A stretch of DNA of 64,000 bases from an uncultured Gammaproteobacteria bacterium (GCA_964539545.1 CAZIJG010000003.1:4924-68923); one strand, 5' to 3'. Shown: positions 1 to 9,267, counted from the first letter of the stretch. Notes: a model not told the origin generated them from the sequence alone. Program-made: numbers and translations.

Positions 1-381
1 TTTATACTGTAACCGAGATAATTCATGGTTAGCATTAGGGAAATAATTGTTAATTAAATAAAAATTCTTTAATTCTAAAACTTGAATACGCCCTTCGCTA
101 TCAAAGATATCTTTACCAAAACCATTTAAAACCGGCTCTGTGACCTCTAGTTTAATCTTATCCCTTACTAATATAGCTGTACCGCTATAACCTGGCCTCT
201 GAGCACTATTAAAATACTCTGTATAGCCAGGAAAATTGAAATCTTCTTTAGCTCGAGCCGCTTGAGATATTTTAATCTCTTGCAAGCAGATAATATCTGG
301 TTGGTATTCCTCTAAAAAATTCAGAAAACCTTTTCGAATTACAGCCCTAATTCCATTCACATTCCAAGAGAATATTTTCAT
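1..381 (-). CDS. xth: Exodeoxyribonuclease III / AP endonuclease (EEP fold). Only the 5' part (127 codons) is present; the gene runs off the left edge.
   Basis: Not in the ORF track because it is truncated. My reverse-strand translation from the ATG at 381..379 gives MKIFSWNVNGIRAVIRKGFLNFLEEYQPDIICLQEIKISQAARAKED..., the classic ExoIII N-terminus (SWNVNG, CLQExK). Confidence 0.8.
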   Translation of the reverse strand, partial: MKIFSWNVNGIRAVIRKGFLNFLEEYQPDIICLQEIKISQAARAKEDFNFPGYTEYFNSAQRPGYSGTAILVRDKIKLEVTEPVLNGFGKDIFDSEGRIQVLELKNFYLINNYFPNANHELSRLQYK

Positions 382-469
382 AAATTTACTTTTACCAATT
401 ACTTTAATAATGTTATAATAACACTAAGACCTATTCATTTTAACATAGATAGCATAAGAATAGAAAATT

Positions 470-1168
470 ATGTCTACTTATTATAATCGTAAATGGCATC
501 AAAAATGGTGGGGAATTTTATTGATTATTTTTTTAATTGTCATAGCCATAATAATCATTGCTTCAGTTCTATATGTTTTTGAAGTAACTAAAGACATACA
601 AAATGGTGAAATTCAATATAGCGAGACTTCCGGAGAAGTATATAACCCTACTAAGACTCGAGAAGGTGAAGCCAAATATTGGCTAGGAGCTCAAGAACCG
701 GATTTGGTGATTGTAGAATGGTCAGATTATAACTGTCCTTATTGCAAGCAAGCTTTTAGTGTACTTAAGGAAGTGGCTCAAACCTATCAAAACTCGGTAA
801 AAATCATTCACCGAGATTTTCCTTTGATTAGTGTTGATTCTCCTACCCTGGCTCTAGCTGCTAGATGTGCTGGGGAACAAGGCCGATTTTGGGCAATGAG
901 TGAAAATCTATTTAATCAACAGGGTAATTTTCAATTAACTGAGCTGCCAACACTAGCTCAACAAGTTGGTATAGAAAGTGAACAATTCCTTACTTGCATG
1001 GAAGAGAATAGATATACCGACGAAATTAGAGCTGATATAGCTGACGCTGAAACTTTAAATATATCTGCCGCTCCTACTTATACCGTAGATGAATACAAAT
1101 TTGATGGCTTTATGTCTGCTGATCAATTTAAGTTATTGATCGAAAAGTCTCTAACTAACCTTAAATAA
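470..1168 (+). CDS. Membrane-anchored DsbA-family thiol:disulfide oxidoreductase
   Basis: N-terminal TM helix (WWGILLIIFLIVIAIIIIASVLYV). Thioredoxin-fold CXXC active site in WSDYNCPYCKQ. The stop lies 3 nt before the porG start. Confidence 0.8.
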   Translation: MSTYYNRKWHQKWWGILLIIFLIVIAIIIIASVLYVFEVTKDIQNGEIQYSETSGEVYNPTKTREGEAKYWLGAQEPDLVIVEWSDYNCPYCKQAFSVLKEVAQTYQNSVKIIHRDFPLISVDSPTLALAARCAGEQGRFWAMSENLFNQQGNFQLTELPTLAQQVGIESEQFLTCMEENRYTDEIRADIADAETLNISAAPTYTVDEYKFDGFMSADQFKLLIEKSLTNLK

Positions 1169-1171
1169 TTT

Positions 1172-1744
1172 ATGATACAAGTCAGAATACATGGTCGTGG
1201 AGGTCAAGGCGTAGTGACAGCTGCAGAGCTTATCGCTATTGCCGCTTTTAAGGATCAGAAGTTTTCCCAAGCCTTCCCTTCTTTTGGCGTAGAAAGAACT
1301 GGGGCTCCAATTGAAGCTTTTAGTAGAATAGATAATAAATTTATTCGAACTAGAGAGCAGGTTTATGATCCAAACATTCTAGTAGTGTTAGATCCTTCCC
1401 TGCTAGAGTCTGCTCAAATTTTCACTGGCTGTGATAAAAAAACCAAAATAGTAATTAATAGTCGTAAAAGTAAAAAAGAGATTGCTATCTCTTTCCGAAA
1501 GAATCAAAAACTATCCATTCCAGAAAAAAATATTTTTGTTTTAGACGCAACTAGTATTGCTTTAAAAATATTAGGCAAAAACTTAGCTAATACTGTCATC
1601 CTAGGAGCTTTAGCTAAGGCCACTGAAATTATTAGTTTCACCGGATTAAAACAAGCTATAAAAGAAAAATTTGAAGAAAAAAGTTCAGAAATAATTAATA
1701 AAAATTTAGAAGCCGTCAAGCAAGCCTATGAAAAAAAGTATTAA
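1172..1744 (+). CDS. porG: Pyruvate/2-oxoacid:ferredoxin oxidoreductase, gamma subunit
   Basis: N-terminus MIQVRIHGRGGQGVVTAAELIA is typical of OFOR gamma subunits. First gene of a G-D-A-(X)-B order. Confidence 0.85.
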   Translation: MIQVRIHGRGGQGVVTAAELIAIAAFKDQKFSQAFPSFGVERTGAPIEAFSRIDNKFIRTREQVYDPNILVVLDPSLLESAQIFTGCDKKTKIVINSRKSKKEIAISFRKNQKLSIPEKNIFVLDATSIALKILGKNLANTVILGALAKATEIISFTGLKQAIKEKFEEKSSEIINKNLEAVKQAYEKKY

Positions 1745-1997
1745 TATAAATGCTCAACCAAATAGTAGTCAAAATAATCTAACTGGTGGTTGGCGCACTT
1801 TTAAACCAATAATCGACAAAAATAAGTGTATCGGTTGCGGTAGATGTAGCTTAGTTTGTCCTGAAAGCACTATTAATATGATTAAAGTGAAAAATAAACT
1901 TAAAGCTGACGTCAATTATGACTATTGCAAAGGTTGCGGACTATGCGCTCAAGAATGCCCTGTCGGGGCTATAACCATGGAAAGAGATGAGAAATAA
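1728..1997 (+). CDS. porD: Pyruvate/2-oxoacid:ferredoxin oxidoreductase, delta subunit (2x[4Fe-4S] ferredoxin)
   Basis: Two CxxCxxCxxxCP motifs (CIGCGRCSLVCPE and CKGCGLCAQECPV). Overlaps porG by 17 nt and porA by 11 nt. Confidence 0.85.
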   Translation: MKKSININAQPNSSQNNLTGGWRTFKPIIDKNKCIGCGRCSLVCPESTINMIKVKNKLKADVNYDYCKGCGLCAQECPVGAITMERDEK

Positions 1998-3147
1998 TAA
2001 ACAAATTCTAGAAGGCTCTAGAGCTGTTGCTCTAACTATTAAGAACATTGCTCCTAGTGTAGTTTCGGCTTACCCTATTACGCCCCAAACTCATATCGTA
2101 GAAGATCTAGCTAAATTTAAAGCTGATGGTAAAGCTACTTATGAATATGTTCGAGCAGAAAGCGAATTTGCAGCTGCTTCTATAATTGCTGGCGCCAGCG
2201 CCACTGGAGTTAGAGTATACAGTGCTACTAGCTCACAGGGATTACTCTTGATGGCTGAAGTAGTTTTTAATATTGCCGGACTTAGATTGCCAGCTGTCAT
2301 GACAATTGCTAATCGTGGCATATCTTCTCCTATTACTATTTGGAACGATCACCAAGATGCCATGACCATAAGGGATGCTGGCTGGATAATGTTCTTTGCT
2401 GAAAATCATCAAGAAGCTGTAGCTCAGCACTTGCTAGCTTACAAGCTAGCTGAAAAACTACATTTACCAGCTATGGTTAATATTGATGGCTTTGTTCTTA
2501 CTCATTCCTATGAACCAGTAGTAATTCCGACTAAAGCTGAGGTAAAAAAATACCTTCCCAACTATAAACCAAAATCTGGCAATTATCTTGATCCTAGCAA
2601 TCCAGTTACCATGGGTTCTTTTGCCCGACCACAGTACTACCAAGAGATTAGACAAGAATTACATGAAGATCTAACTAGTAGCCTAAAAGAAATAGAGAAA
2701 GAATATAAATTATTGCAAAAGACTCTAGGCAAGAACATCGCTACCACAGAACCATCTGGCTTAGTAGATTATTATGGCCCAAAGAATGCTAAGACAGTAA
2801 TTGTTGCTATGGGGTCAGTAGTCGGAACTCTTAAAGAAACAATAGACAAGAATAGAAGTGTTGGTTTATTAAAAATAAAAACTTTTAGACCATTCCCTAA
2901 CCAAGCAGTAATGGATAATCTAAAAAGAGCAAAAAATGTAGCTGTAATAGAGAAAGCTATCAGCATGGGGAATATTGGCCCTTTAGCTGGTGAAGTAAGA
3001 AGCGCTTGCCAAAACAAAGTTAGAGCCAACATTAAAAGTTTCATTGCTGGATTAGGTGGTAGAGATATTACTCAAGATAGAATTAAAAAAATAATTAATA
3101 TTTCACAAAAAGATAATCATAATAATCAAGCTATATTTATAAAATAA
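1987..3147 (+). CDS. porA: Pyruvate/2-oxoacid:ferredoxin oxidoreductase, alpha subunit
   Basis: 386 aa. ILEGSRAVALTIKNIAPSVVSAYPITPQTHIVEDLA matches the OFOR alpha N-terminal signature. Position in the operon fits. Confidence 0.85.
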   Translation: MRNNKQILEGSRAVALTIKNIAPSVVSAYPITPQTHIVEDLAKFKADGKATYEYVRAESEFAAASIIAGASATGVRVYSATSSQGLLLMAEVVFNIAGLRLPAVMTIANRGISSPITIWNDHQDAMTIRDAGWIMFFAENHQEAVAQHLLAYKLAEKLHLPAMVNIDGFVLTHSYEPVVIPTKAEVKKYLPNYKPKSGNYLDPSNPVTMGSFARPQYYQEIRQELHEDLTSSLKEIEKEYKLLQKTLGKNIATTEPSGLVDYYGPKNAKTVIVAMGSVVGTLKETIDKNRSVGLLKIKTFRPFPNQAVMDNLKRAKNVAVIEKAISMGNIGPLAGEVRSACQNKVRANIKSFIAGLGGRDITQDRIKKIINISQKDNHNNQAIFIK

Positions 3148-3151
3148 TTAT

Positions 3152-4243
3152 ATGTTTAAAAAAATTCTTACAATTTTAATTTTTACCTCTCTAACATTAT
3201 CTGCTATAGTTTTTCCTTCGGTTGTAAACGCCGGAGTTATAAAGACTCTTGATTTTACTCCTCAAATCACTATTCCAGGGTCAGAGTTTCAAGATGGAAT
3301 AAAAGTTCCCTCTGGAACAGCAGAAACGGGCTTAGTAGATACAGTAACCGAACGCGAAGTAACTATTGTAAGAAGCACTTTAATTGGTAGATATATTAAA
3401 GCCATATATAATTATGCCATTGGTATCACAGGTATTTTAGCAGTAATAATGATATCATTTGGAGGGATGCTTTGGCTAACTTCTGGCGGTAGTCCAGAAA
3501 AAATTAACCAAGCTAAAACTTTTATTGTCGGTGCCTTAATAGGCTTAGCGTTAGTTCTCTTCTCATATACCTTACTAAAAACAATTAATACTAAACTAGT
3601 AGAAATGCCATCAATAGACACCATTATTCTACAAGAAAAACAATATGGCTGTTGCTCCTACGTAGATCCAAACAGCACGGCTAGCCCCCCTCCAAATATA
3701 GCTGAAGATATTACTAATGTAGACTGCACTCAAAAAGGAGGAAAATTTTCTAAAAATGCTAGTGCCAATAAAACCGGTACAGTCTGCCTACAGAATGGAT
3801 GTTGTACAGCAATCGAAACAAAAGTAATAGCCATGGGCGAGGCAGGTGCCTATTACTATGACGTAAATTATTGTTACGAAGTTAATGAAAGTATCTGTAA
3901 TGTTATGGCACAAGAAGATCCATTAAGAAAATATAAACAACTACCAAATCTATGTTCTGAATATTCTGAATGTAAAGATAATGAAGCCAGTTGTTTTGAT
4001 GTAAGTGACGGCAAAGAATGTGATAACGCGGAAAGGGTTTGTTACTGTTATGCTGAAAAGCCTTATTTCGGAGAAGGAATGGCTCAAGAGCCTTGTGGAA
4101 ATGATAATTCAAGATGTTATGAAAAAAATGACGGAGAACATACAACTGCAACTGGTTGTAATCATGCTAACAATTGGTACCAGGACGATTATGGAGGTAG
4201 AAAATGCTTAGATAGTTATATTTGTTGCTACCTTTCCTCATAA
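3152..4243 (+). CDS. Secreted/membrane protein: signal peptide, VirB2/TrbC-like two-TM hairpin, and a ~200-aa C-terminal domain with 20 cysteines
   Basis: Signal-like N-terminus MFKKILTILIFTSLTLSAIVFPSVVNA. Two hydrophobic helices (AIGITGILAVIMISFGGMLWL and FIVGALIGLALVLFSYTLL) are joined by TSGGSPEKINQAKT. The C-terminal region has three CC doublets. The gene sits between the porA stop (3147) and the porB ATG (4252). Confidence 0.6.
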   Translation: MFKKILTILIFTSLTLSAIVFPSVVNAGVIKTLDFTPQITIPGSEFQDGIKVPSGTAETGLVDTVTEREVTIVRSTLIGRYIKAIYNYAIGITGILAVIMISFGGMLWLTSGGSPEKINQAKTFIVGALIGLALVLFSYTLLKTINTKLVEMPSIDTIILQEKQYGCCSYVDPNSTASPPPNIAEDITNVDCTQKGGKFSKNASANKTGTVCLQNGCCTAIETKVIAMGEAGAYYYDVNYCYEVNESICNVMAQEDPLRKYKQLPNLCSEYSECKDNEASCFDVSDGKECDNAERVCYCYAEKPYFGEGMAQEPCGNDNSRCYEKNDGEHTTATGCNHANNWYQDDYGGRKCLDSYICCYLSS

Positions 4244-4251
4244 TAAATACT

Positions 4252-5139
4252 ATGAATAAAAATAATAAAAAAGAAATTCTAACTTCTGGCCATCGAGCTT
4301 GTGCTGGTTGTGGCCAGATGATCGCGGCCAAAGCTGCTTCTCGAGGTATGACTAAAGATATTATAATTGCTAATGCTACGGGCTGTTTAGAAGTCACTAC
4401 TACTCCCTATCCAGAAAGCTCTTGGGGTGTGCCATGGATCCATTCCTTATTTGAAAATGCTTCGGCTATAGCTTCTGGGATTAGGGCAGCTCTAGATCAA
4501 AAAAAAGATAAAAAAACTAAAGTAATTGTTCAAGCTGGAGACGGAGGAACTTTTGATATTGGCTTTGGTCTAATTAGTGGTATGTGGGAAAGAGGTGAAA
4601 ATATATTATATATTGCCTATGACACCGAAGCCTATTCTAATACTGGCATTCAAGCTTCTGGAGCCACTCCTTTGTCTGCAAGTACTACCACTACCCCAGC
4701 CGGTACAAACAGCTTAGGATCCAGTCAAGTGAAGAAAGATATGTTAGCCATTGCCTTGGCCCATGGCTTACCATATGTAGCTCAAAGCACAGCTGGATTC
4801 GTAAATGATATTACTAACAAAGTAAAAAAGGCTATTGCCACTCAAGGCCCTACCTATATCCAAATTCTTAGTCCTTGTATCCCTGGTTGGCATATTAATC
4901 CTAATCAAGCTATGCTAATGGGCAAATTAGCTGTAGAAACTGGATTATACCCATTATTAGAATATGAAAATGGTAAATTAATTAATAAATCAACATTAAC
5001 CAAATCTAAAAAGAAAGTAAGTGAATACTTAAAAATTCAAGGACGTTTTGCTCATCTATTTAAATCTCAATCAGGCAAAGAACAAATTAAAAATATTCAA
5101 AAATTAGCTGATAGCAATATAAAAAGATATGGGCTTTAA
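4252..5139 (+). CDS. porB: Pyruvate/2-oxoacid:ferredoxin oxidoreductase, beta (TPP-binding) subunit
   Basis: GHRACAGCG, GDGGTFDIGFG and YDTEAYSNTGIQAS motifs. The ORF track starts at TTG 4222, which overlaps the upstream gene. ATG 4252 (MNKNNKKEIL) is more plausible. Confidence 0.85.
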   Translation: MNKNNKKEILTSGHRACAGCGQMIAAKAASRGMTKDIIIANATGCLEVTTTPYPESSWGVPWIHSLFENASAIASGIRAALDQKKDKKTKVIVQAGDGGTFDIGFGLISGMWERGENILYIAYDTEAYSNTGIQASGATPLSASTTTTPAGTNSLGSSQVKKDMLAIALAHGLPYVAQSTAGFVNDITNKVKKAIATQGPTYIQILSPCIPGWHINPNQAMLMGKLAVETGLYPLLEYENGKLINKSTLTKSKKKVSEYLKIQGRFAHLFKSQSGKEQIKNIQKLADSNIKRYGL

Positions 5140-5168
5140 GTCTTAATAAAATATTAAAAATATTAAAA

Positions 5169-5195
5169 ACACCTCCAACTGGAAGTGTTTTTATT
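5169..5195. terminator. Bidirectional intrinsic terminator between porB (+) and rnhA (-)
   Basis: acacctcc-aact-ggaagtgt hairpin (8 bp, one mismatch), flanked by an A-run upstream and tttttattt downstream. Confidence 0.6.
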
Positions 5196-5212
5196 TAGAC
5201 TAATCATACAGA

Positions 5213-5638
5213 TTAACTATGTTCATCCATGGCTCGATTAGCCAGAGCATCCGCTTCTGTATTTTGCTCTCTAGGTACATGAGAAAAATGAACACTCTTA
5301 AACTCCAAACTATATTTTCTAATCTCCATAAATATTGGCAATAGGTCTTTATTTTTTACCCTATACTCTCCGGACATTTGTTTAACTATCAGTTCACTAT
5401 CCAAATAAAAGTCTAACTCCTGTCCATTTAATTCTTTAGCTTTTTTAATAGCAGCCAAAACCGCCCTATACTCAGCTTGATTATTAGTGGTCTCACCTAG
5501 ATATTCATACAACTCGGCTAATATATTCTTTTTGTCATCATAAATCACTGCCCCTAGACCCGCTGGCCCTGGATTGCCCCTAGACCCGCCATCACAAAAG
5601 ATAATAAATTTATTGTTTTCCATGTTTTTGTAAATCAA
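5213..5638 (-). CDS. rnhA: Ribonuclease HI
   Basis: FCDGGSRGNPGPAGLGAVI, NNQAEYRAVLAA and REQNTEADALAN are RNase H-fold catalytic motifs. An alternative start at 5623 (MENNK) is possible. Overlaps the 3' end of recJ. Confidence 0.8.
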   Translation of the reverse strand: MIYKNMENNKFIIFCDGGSRGNPGPAGLGAVIYDDKKNILAELYEYLGETTNNQAEYRAVLAAIKKAKELNGQELDFYLDSELIVKQMSGEYRVKNKDLLPIFMEIRKYSLEFKSVHFSHVPREQNTEADALANRAMDEHS

Positions 5639-7352
5639 TTATTTTTAATTGGATAGATACTGAACCATTGAAATGATTAAATTCTGGAGAATATATTACA
5701 TCCACAGAATCACCAAGCACTAAATCTTTATATTTTTCACTTTGACCAAAAGCTATTCCCCAGGTCTCTCCAAACTTAAATTTTATATGTTGTTTTTTTG
5801 TGCCCATGAACACTATATCATCAATCTTCTGATTATAACTGACTAGACTAGGACGAGAATTATTCTGTCCATAGGGTCTTAATTTATCTAATTCAACTAA
5901 TAGTTCTGGACTAAGGTCTATTATATCTAATTCAATGTCTATAGATATCTTTGGCAATAATTTTTTACCAGCTAACTTCTCTTCAGCAATCTTTTTAAAA
6001 TTAGAGATAAATTTATCTAATTTCTCTCGACTATAAACAGAGAATCCGCAAGCCAAAGGATGACCGCCATATTTATCTAAATACTCACTTAAATCTTCAA
6101 GGGTTTCCATTAAATTAAACTCCGCAATACTTCTCCCTGAGCCTTTAAACGTTAGATTACCATCTTTTCCTTTAATTTGAGTTATGACCAAAGCTGGTTT
6201 ATAATATTTGTCATTCAACCTCCCTGCTACCAGGCCTATCACTCCTTCATTCCAATAATTTTCTGTGCCCAGGGCCACCACGGACATGTCATTCTCCTGA
6301 TCTTTAATATTATTCAATGCTTCTGAAACTATCTCCTGGGTAATGCTCTGTCTTTTTTGATTTCTTAGATTTAATTCTTGAGACAGTTCTTTAGCCTCAA
6401 CCTTGTCTTTACTAGTTAATAAATCAAAGGCTGTATTAGCATGCTTCAAGCGTCCAGAGGCATTTAACCGTGGAGCTAATTGGAAAGAAATATTCCAGGT
6501 CTCCAAATCTCTTTGCAAATCTAACCCAGACTCTTTAATTAATTGCTTTAATCCTAAACGTCCCCTATGAAAAAAGCCTAAACCACTATTCATCACTTCT
6601 AGACCTTTCTTAACTAAAGCTCTATTCTCCCCCAACAAAGGAACCAAATCGGCTACCGTACCTAAAGCTACTAAATCTAGTTGCTTTCTTAATAGTTTTG
6701 CTTTATCTTCTTTATTTAATTTAGAATGATGTGTTAGAGCACTGGCCAATTTAAAAGCCACTCCTACTCCGGCTAAATTCTTATATGGATAATTATCTTC
6801 TGGATGAGCTGGATTAATTATTAGACATCCAGGCCAGTCATTCTTGTCTTCTGGAAAAACATGATGATCAGTAACAATAATCTCTAAACCCAAAGATTGA
6901 GCAAATTCTACTTCTGCCTTATTTCTAATCCCATTATCTACGGTAATAATTAATTTCACATCTTCTTGAGCAAATTTTTCTATGGCTGCCTTATTTAGAC
7001 CATAACCCTCGCTAGCTCTATCTGGCATGTATGCATCTATTCGAGCGTGAAGTGTGTCTAAAACTTCAAACAATATTGCGGTAGAAGTAATTCCGTCAGC
7101 ATCATAATCTCCATAAATTAAAATCTTATTTCGCTCCTTTATATGTGAAATTATTATATTAACCGCCTTTTCCATGTCTTTAAAAAGAAAAGGGTCAGGA
7201 ATTGAATCAAATTTTGGATCTAAAAACCAAGCAAAATCTTCTTCTTTTACTTTTCGATTTTTTAACAATTGCAAAATAACCGGATTAATATCCGGGTGTT
7301 TTATTTTAAAATCTTCTTGTATCTTTGGATAAACCTGCCAAAGCTTTTTCAT
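5610..7352 (-). CDS. recJ: Single-stranded-DNA-specific exonuclease RecJ
   Basis: DHH-family motifs (YGDYDADGITS, TVDNG, TDHH) plus GGHPLACG (DHHA1). The ORF track starts at 7376; I prefer ATG 7352 (MKKLWQ), 5 nt after an upstream small ORF. Confidence 0.85.
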   Translation of the reverse strand: MKKLWQVYPKIQEDFKIKHPDINPVILQLLKNRKVKEEDFAWFLDPKFDSIPDPFLFKDMEKAVNIIISHIKERNKILIYGDYDADGITSTAILFEVLDTLHARIDAYMPDRASEGYGLNKAAIEKFAQEDVKLIITVDNGIRNKAEVEFAQSLGLEIIVTDHHVFPEDKNDWPGCLIINPAHPEDNYPYKNLAGVGVAFKLASALTHHSKLNKEDKAKLLRKQLDLVALGTVADLVPLLGENRALVKKGLEVMNSGLGFFHRGRLGLKQLIKESGLDLQRDLETWNISFQLAPRLNASGRLKHANTAFDLLTSKDKVEAKELSQELNLRNQKRQSITQEIVSEALNNIKDQENDMSVVALGTENYWNEGVIGLVAGRLNDKYYKPALVITQIKGKDGNLTFKGSGRSIAEFNLMETLEDLSEYLDKYGGHPLACGFSVYSREKLDKFISNFKKIAEEKLAGKKLLPKISIDIELDIIDLSPELLVELDKLRPYGQNNSRPSLVSYNQKIDDIVFMGTKKQHIKFKFGETWGIAFGQSEKYKDLVLGDSVDVIYSPEFNHFNGSVSIQLKIIDLQKHGKQ

Positions 7353-7356
7353 GATT

Positions 7357-7461
7357 TTAATATGCAGTTGGGCCAAAAGTCCAGGCCACCATACTAAAAA
7401 TTACCATTACAGAAACAACTAGCCAAACTAAGCGATTAATTACTTTTTTCTTAATTTTCAT
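7357..7461 (-). CDS. Possible 34-aa single-TM peptide (not in the ORF track)
   Basis: My translation is MKIKKKVINRLVWLVVSVMVIFSMVAWTFGPTAY*. The ATG is 2 nt after the lepA stop and the TAA is 5 nt before the recJ ATG, which fills the gap exactly. Confidence 0.3.
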   Translation of the reverse strand: MKIKKKVINRLVWLVVSVMVIFSMVAWTFGPTAY

Positions 7462-7462
7462 A

Positions 7463-9265
7463 TTATCTTTTTAAAATTTTAACAAAAGTTTCTGGTGGAA
7501 TATCTACACTTCCCTTACCAGCTGCCATCATCTTCTTTTTACCTTTTTTCTGTTTATCTAATAATTTTCTTTTTCGAGTAACATCTCCTCCATATAGTTT
7601 AGCAGTCACATCCTTTCTCATGGCAGATAGCCTCTCAGCTGCAACCACCTTTCCGCCAATAGCAGCCTGTAGTTTTACTACGAACATTTGTTTAGGCAGA
7701 GTATCTCTAAGAATCTTTACTATTTCTTTTCCCTGCTGAAAAGCCTCATCTTTATATACCATTAAAGACAATGCTTCAATTACTTCTTCTGCTACTAAAA
7801 TATCTAATTTAACTACATCAGTTTTTTGATAGCCTAAATAGTCATAATTAATAGAGGCATAGCCGGCGCTAACACTTTTTATTTTATCATAAAAATCTGT
7901 TAGGATAGCTGCCAAAGGTAATTCGTAATGCAAAATTGCTCTACCGGAGTTAGATTCAGTATCAATATAGTCTGTATTAAGATAAACTCCTTTTTTATCT
8001 TGAGCTAACTGCATAATTGAGCCTATATAAACTTGGGGAGTAATAATATCTAATTTAACCCAGGGCTCATCAATCTTAATAATTCTATCGGTGGTAGGCA
8101 TCCTTTGGGGTGTACGAATAATTTCTTCTTTACCATCAGTAGTATAGACACGATAAGCCACGCTAGGCACAGTTACAATAATATCTAAATTATATTCTCT
8201 TCTTAATCTTTCTTGAAAAATTTCCAAATGTAACAGCCCCAAAAAACCACAACGCAAACCAAATCCTAAAGCCTCTGAACGTTCTGTCTCATAGGTAAGA
8301 GAAGCGTCATTTAATTTCAATTTTTCTACAGCTTCGCTAAGATTCTCCCAATCATTGCCTTCTTTGGGAAAAATGCCAGCAAACACCATTGGAACAACAT
8401 CTTCATACCCTGGCAAAGGCTTTGTGTCTTTAGAACCCGCTAAAGAAATAGTATCACCCACCTTAGATTGACCAACCTCTTTAAAGCCAGTCACAATATA
8501 ACCAATTTCTCCGGTATTTAATTCATTCGTAGACATATAGTGAGGCTTAAAAACTCCTATATCTAAAACTTCGCTTTGAGACTGACTAACAATTAATTGA
8601 ATTTTATCACCTTTTTTAAATTTACCATCTACTACTCTAACATAGGCTACAACACCACGATATTTATCATAATTGGAATCAAAAATCAGAGCTCGAGAGA
8701 TATCATCCTTTTGTCCTTTTGGTTCCGGGCCCTCCTTAACAACTCTATCCAATATTTCCTCTACTCCTTCGCCCGTTTTAGCTGAAGCTGAAATAATCTC
8801 AGATGCATCACAACCTAATAATTTAACAATTTCGGCTTTGGTCTTTTCTACTTCGGCTGCTGGTAAATCTATTTTATTAATTACTGGGATAATCGTTAGG
8901 TCTTGCTCTAGAGCTAGATATAAATTAGCTAGGGTCTGAGCTTGAATTCCTTGAGTAGCATCAATTAACAATACTGCCGCTTCCACCGCTGCTAAGGAGC
9001 GAGAGACTTCGTAACTAAAATCTACATGACCCGGCGTATCAATTAAATTTAATTGATAATCCTTAAAATTCATACTAACTGGCTGTAATTTAATAGTTAT
9101 TCCCCTTTCCCTTTCTAAATCCATACCGTCCAGAATCTGCTCTTTCATATCTCTCTCTTCTACAGTATTAGTCAGTTGCAACATTCTATCAGCCAAAGTA
9201 GACTTGCCATGATCAATATGGGCAATAATACAAAAATTTCTTATTTTTGAAATCTCAATAGACAT
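7463..9265 (-). CDS. lepA: Translation elongation factor 4 (LepA)
   Basis: IRNFCIIAHIDHGKSTLADR G-domain, DTPGHVDF, and the characteristic LepA C-terminus. Confidence 0.95.
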   Translation of the reverse strand: MSIEISKIRNFCIIAHIDHGKSTLADRMLQLTNTVEERDMKEQILDGMDLERERGITIKLQPVSMNFKDYQLNLIDTPGHVDFSYEVSRSLAAVEAAVLLIDATQGIQAQTLANLYLALEQDLTIIPVINKIDLPAAEVEKTKAEIVKLLGCDASEIISASAKTGEGVEEILDRVVKEGPEPKGQKDDISRALIFDSNYDKYRGVVAYVRVVDGKFKKGDKIQLIVSQSQSEVLDIGVFKPHYMSTNELNTGEIGYIVTGFKEVGQSKVGDTISLAGSKDTKPLPGYEDVVPMVFAGIFPKEGNDWENLSEAVEKLKLNDASLTYETERSEALGFGLRCGFLGLLHLEIFQERLRREYNLDIIVTVPSVAYRVYTTDGKEEIIRTPQRMPTTDRIIKIDEPWVKLDIITPQVYIGSIMQLAQDKKGVYLNTDYIDTESNSGRAILHYELPLAAILTDFYDKIKSVSAGYASINYDYLGYQKTDVVKLDILVAEEVIEALSLMVYKDEAFQQGKEIVKILRDTLPKQMFVVKLQAAIGGKVVAAERLSAMRKDVTAKLYGGDVTRKRKLLDKQKKGKKKMMAAGKGSVDIPPETFVKILKR

Positions 9266-9267
9266 AA

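Noticed and set aside
3903-4211. ORFs 3903-4151 (-) and 4005-4211 (+) overlapping the Cys-rich gene, considered as alternative coding.
   Set aside because: Both are short, lack start context and have no motifs. The 3152-4243 frame is continuous for 363 codons, with a coherent signal peptide/TM/Cys-rich organisation and operon-fitting boundaries.
5149-5168. Short direct repeat aaaatattaaaaatattaaaaa after porB.
   Set aside because: It is a low-complexity AT repeat of two units beside a terminator, which is too short to be meaningful.
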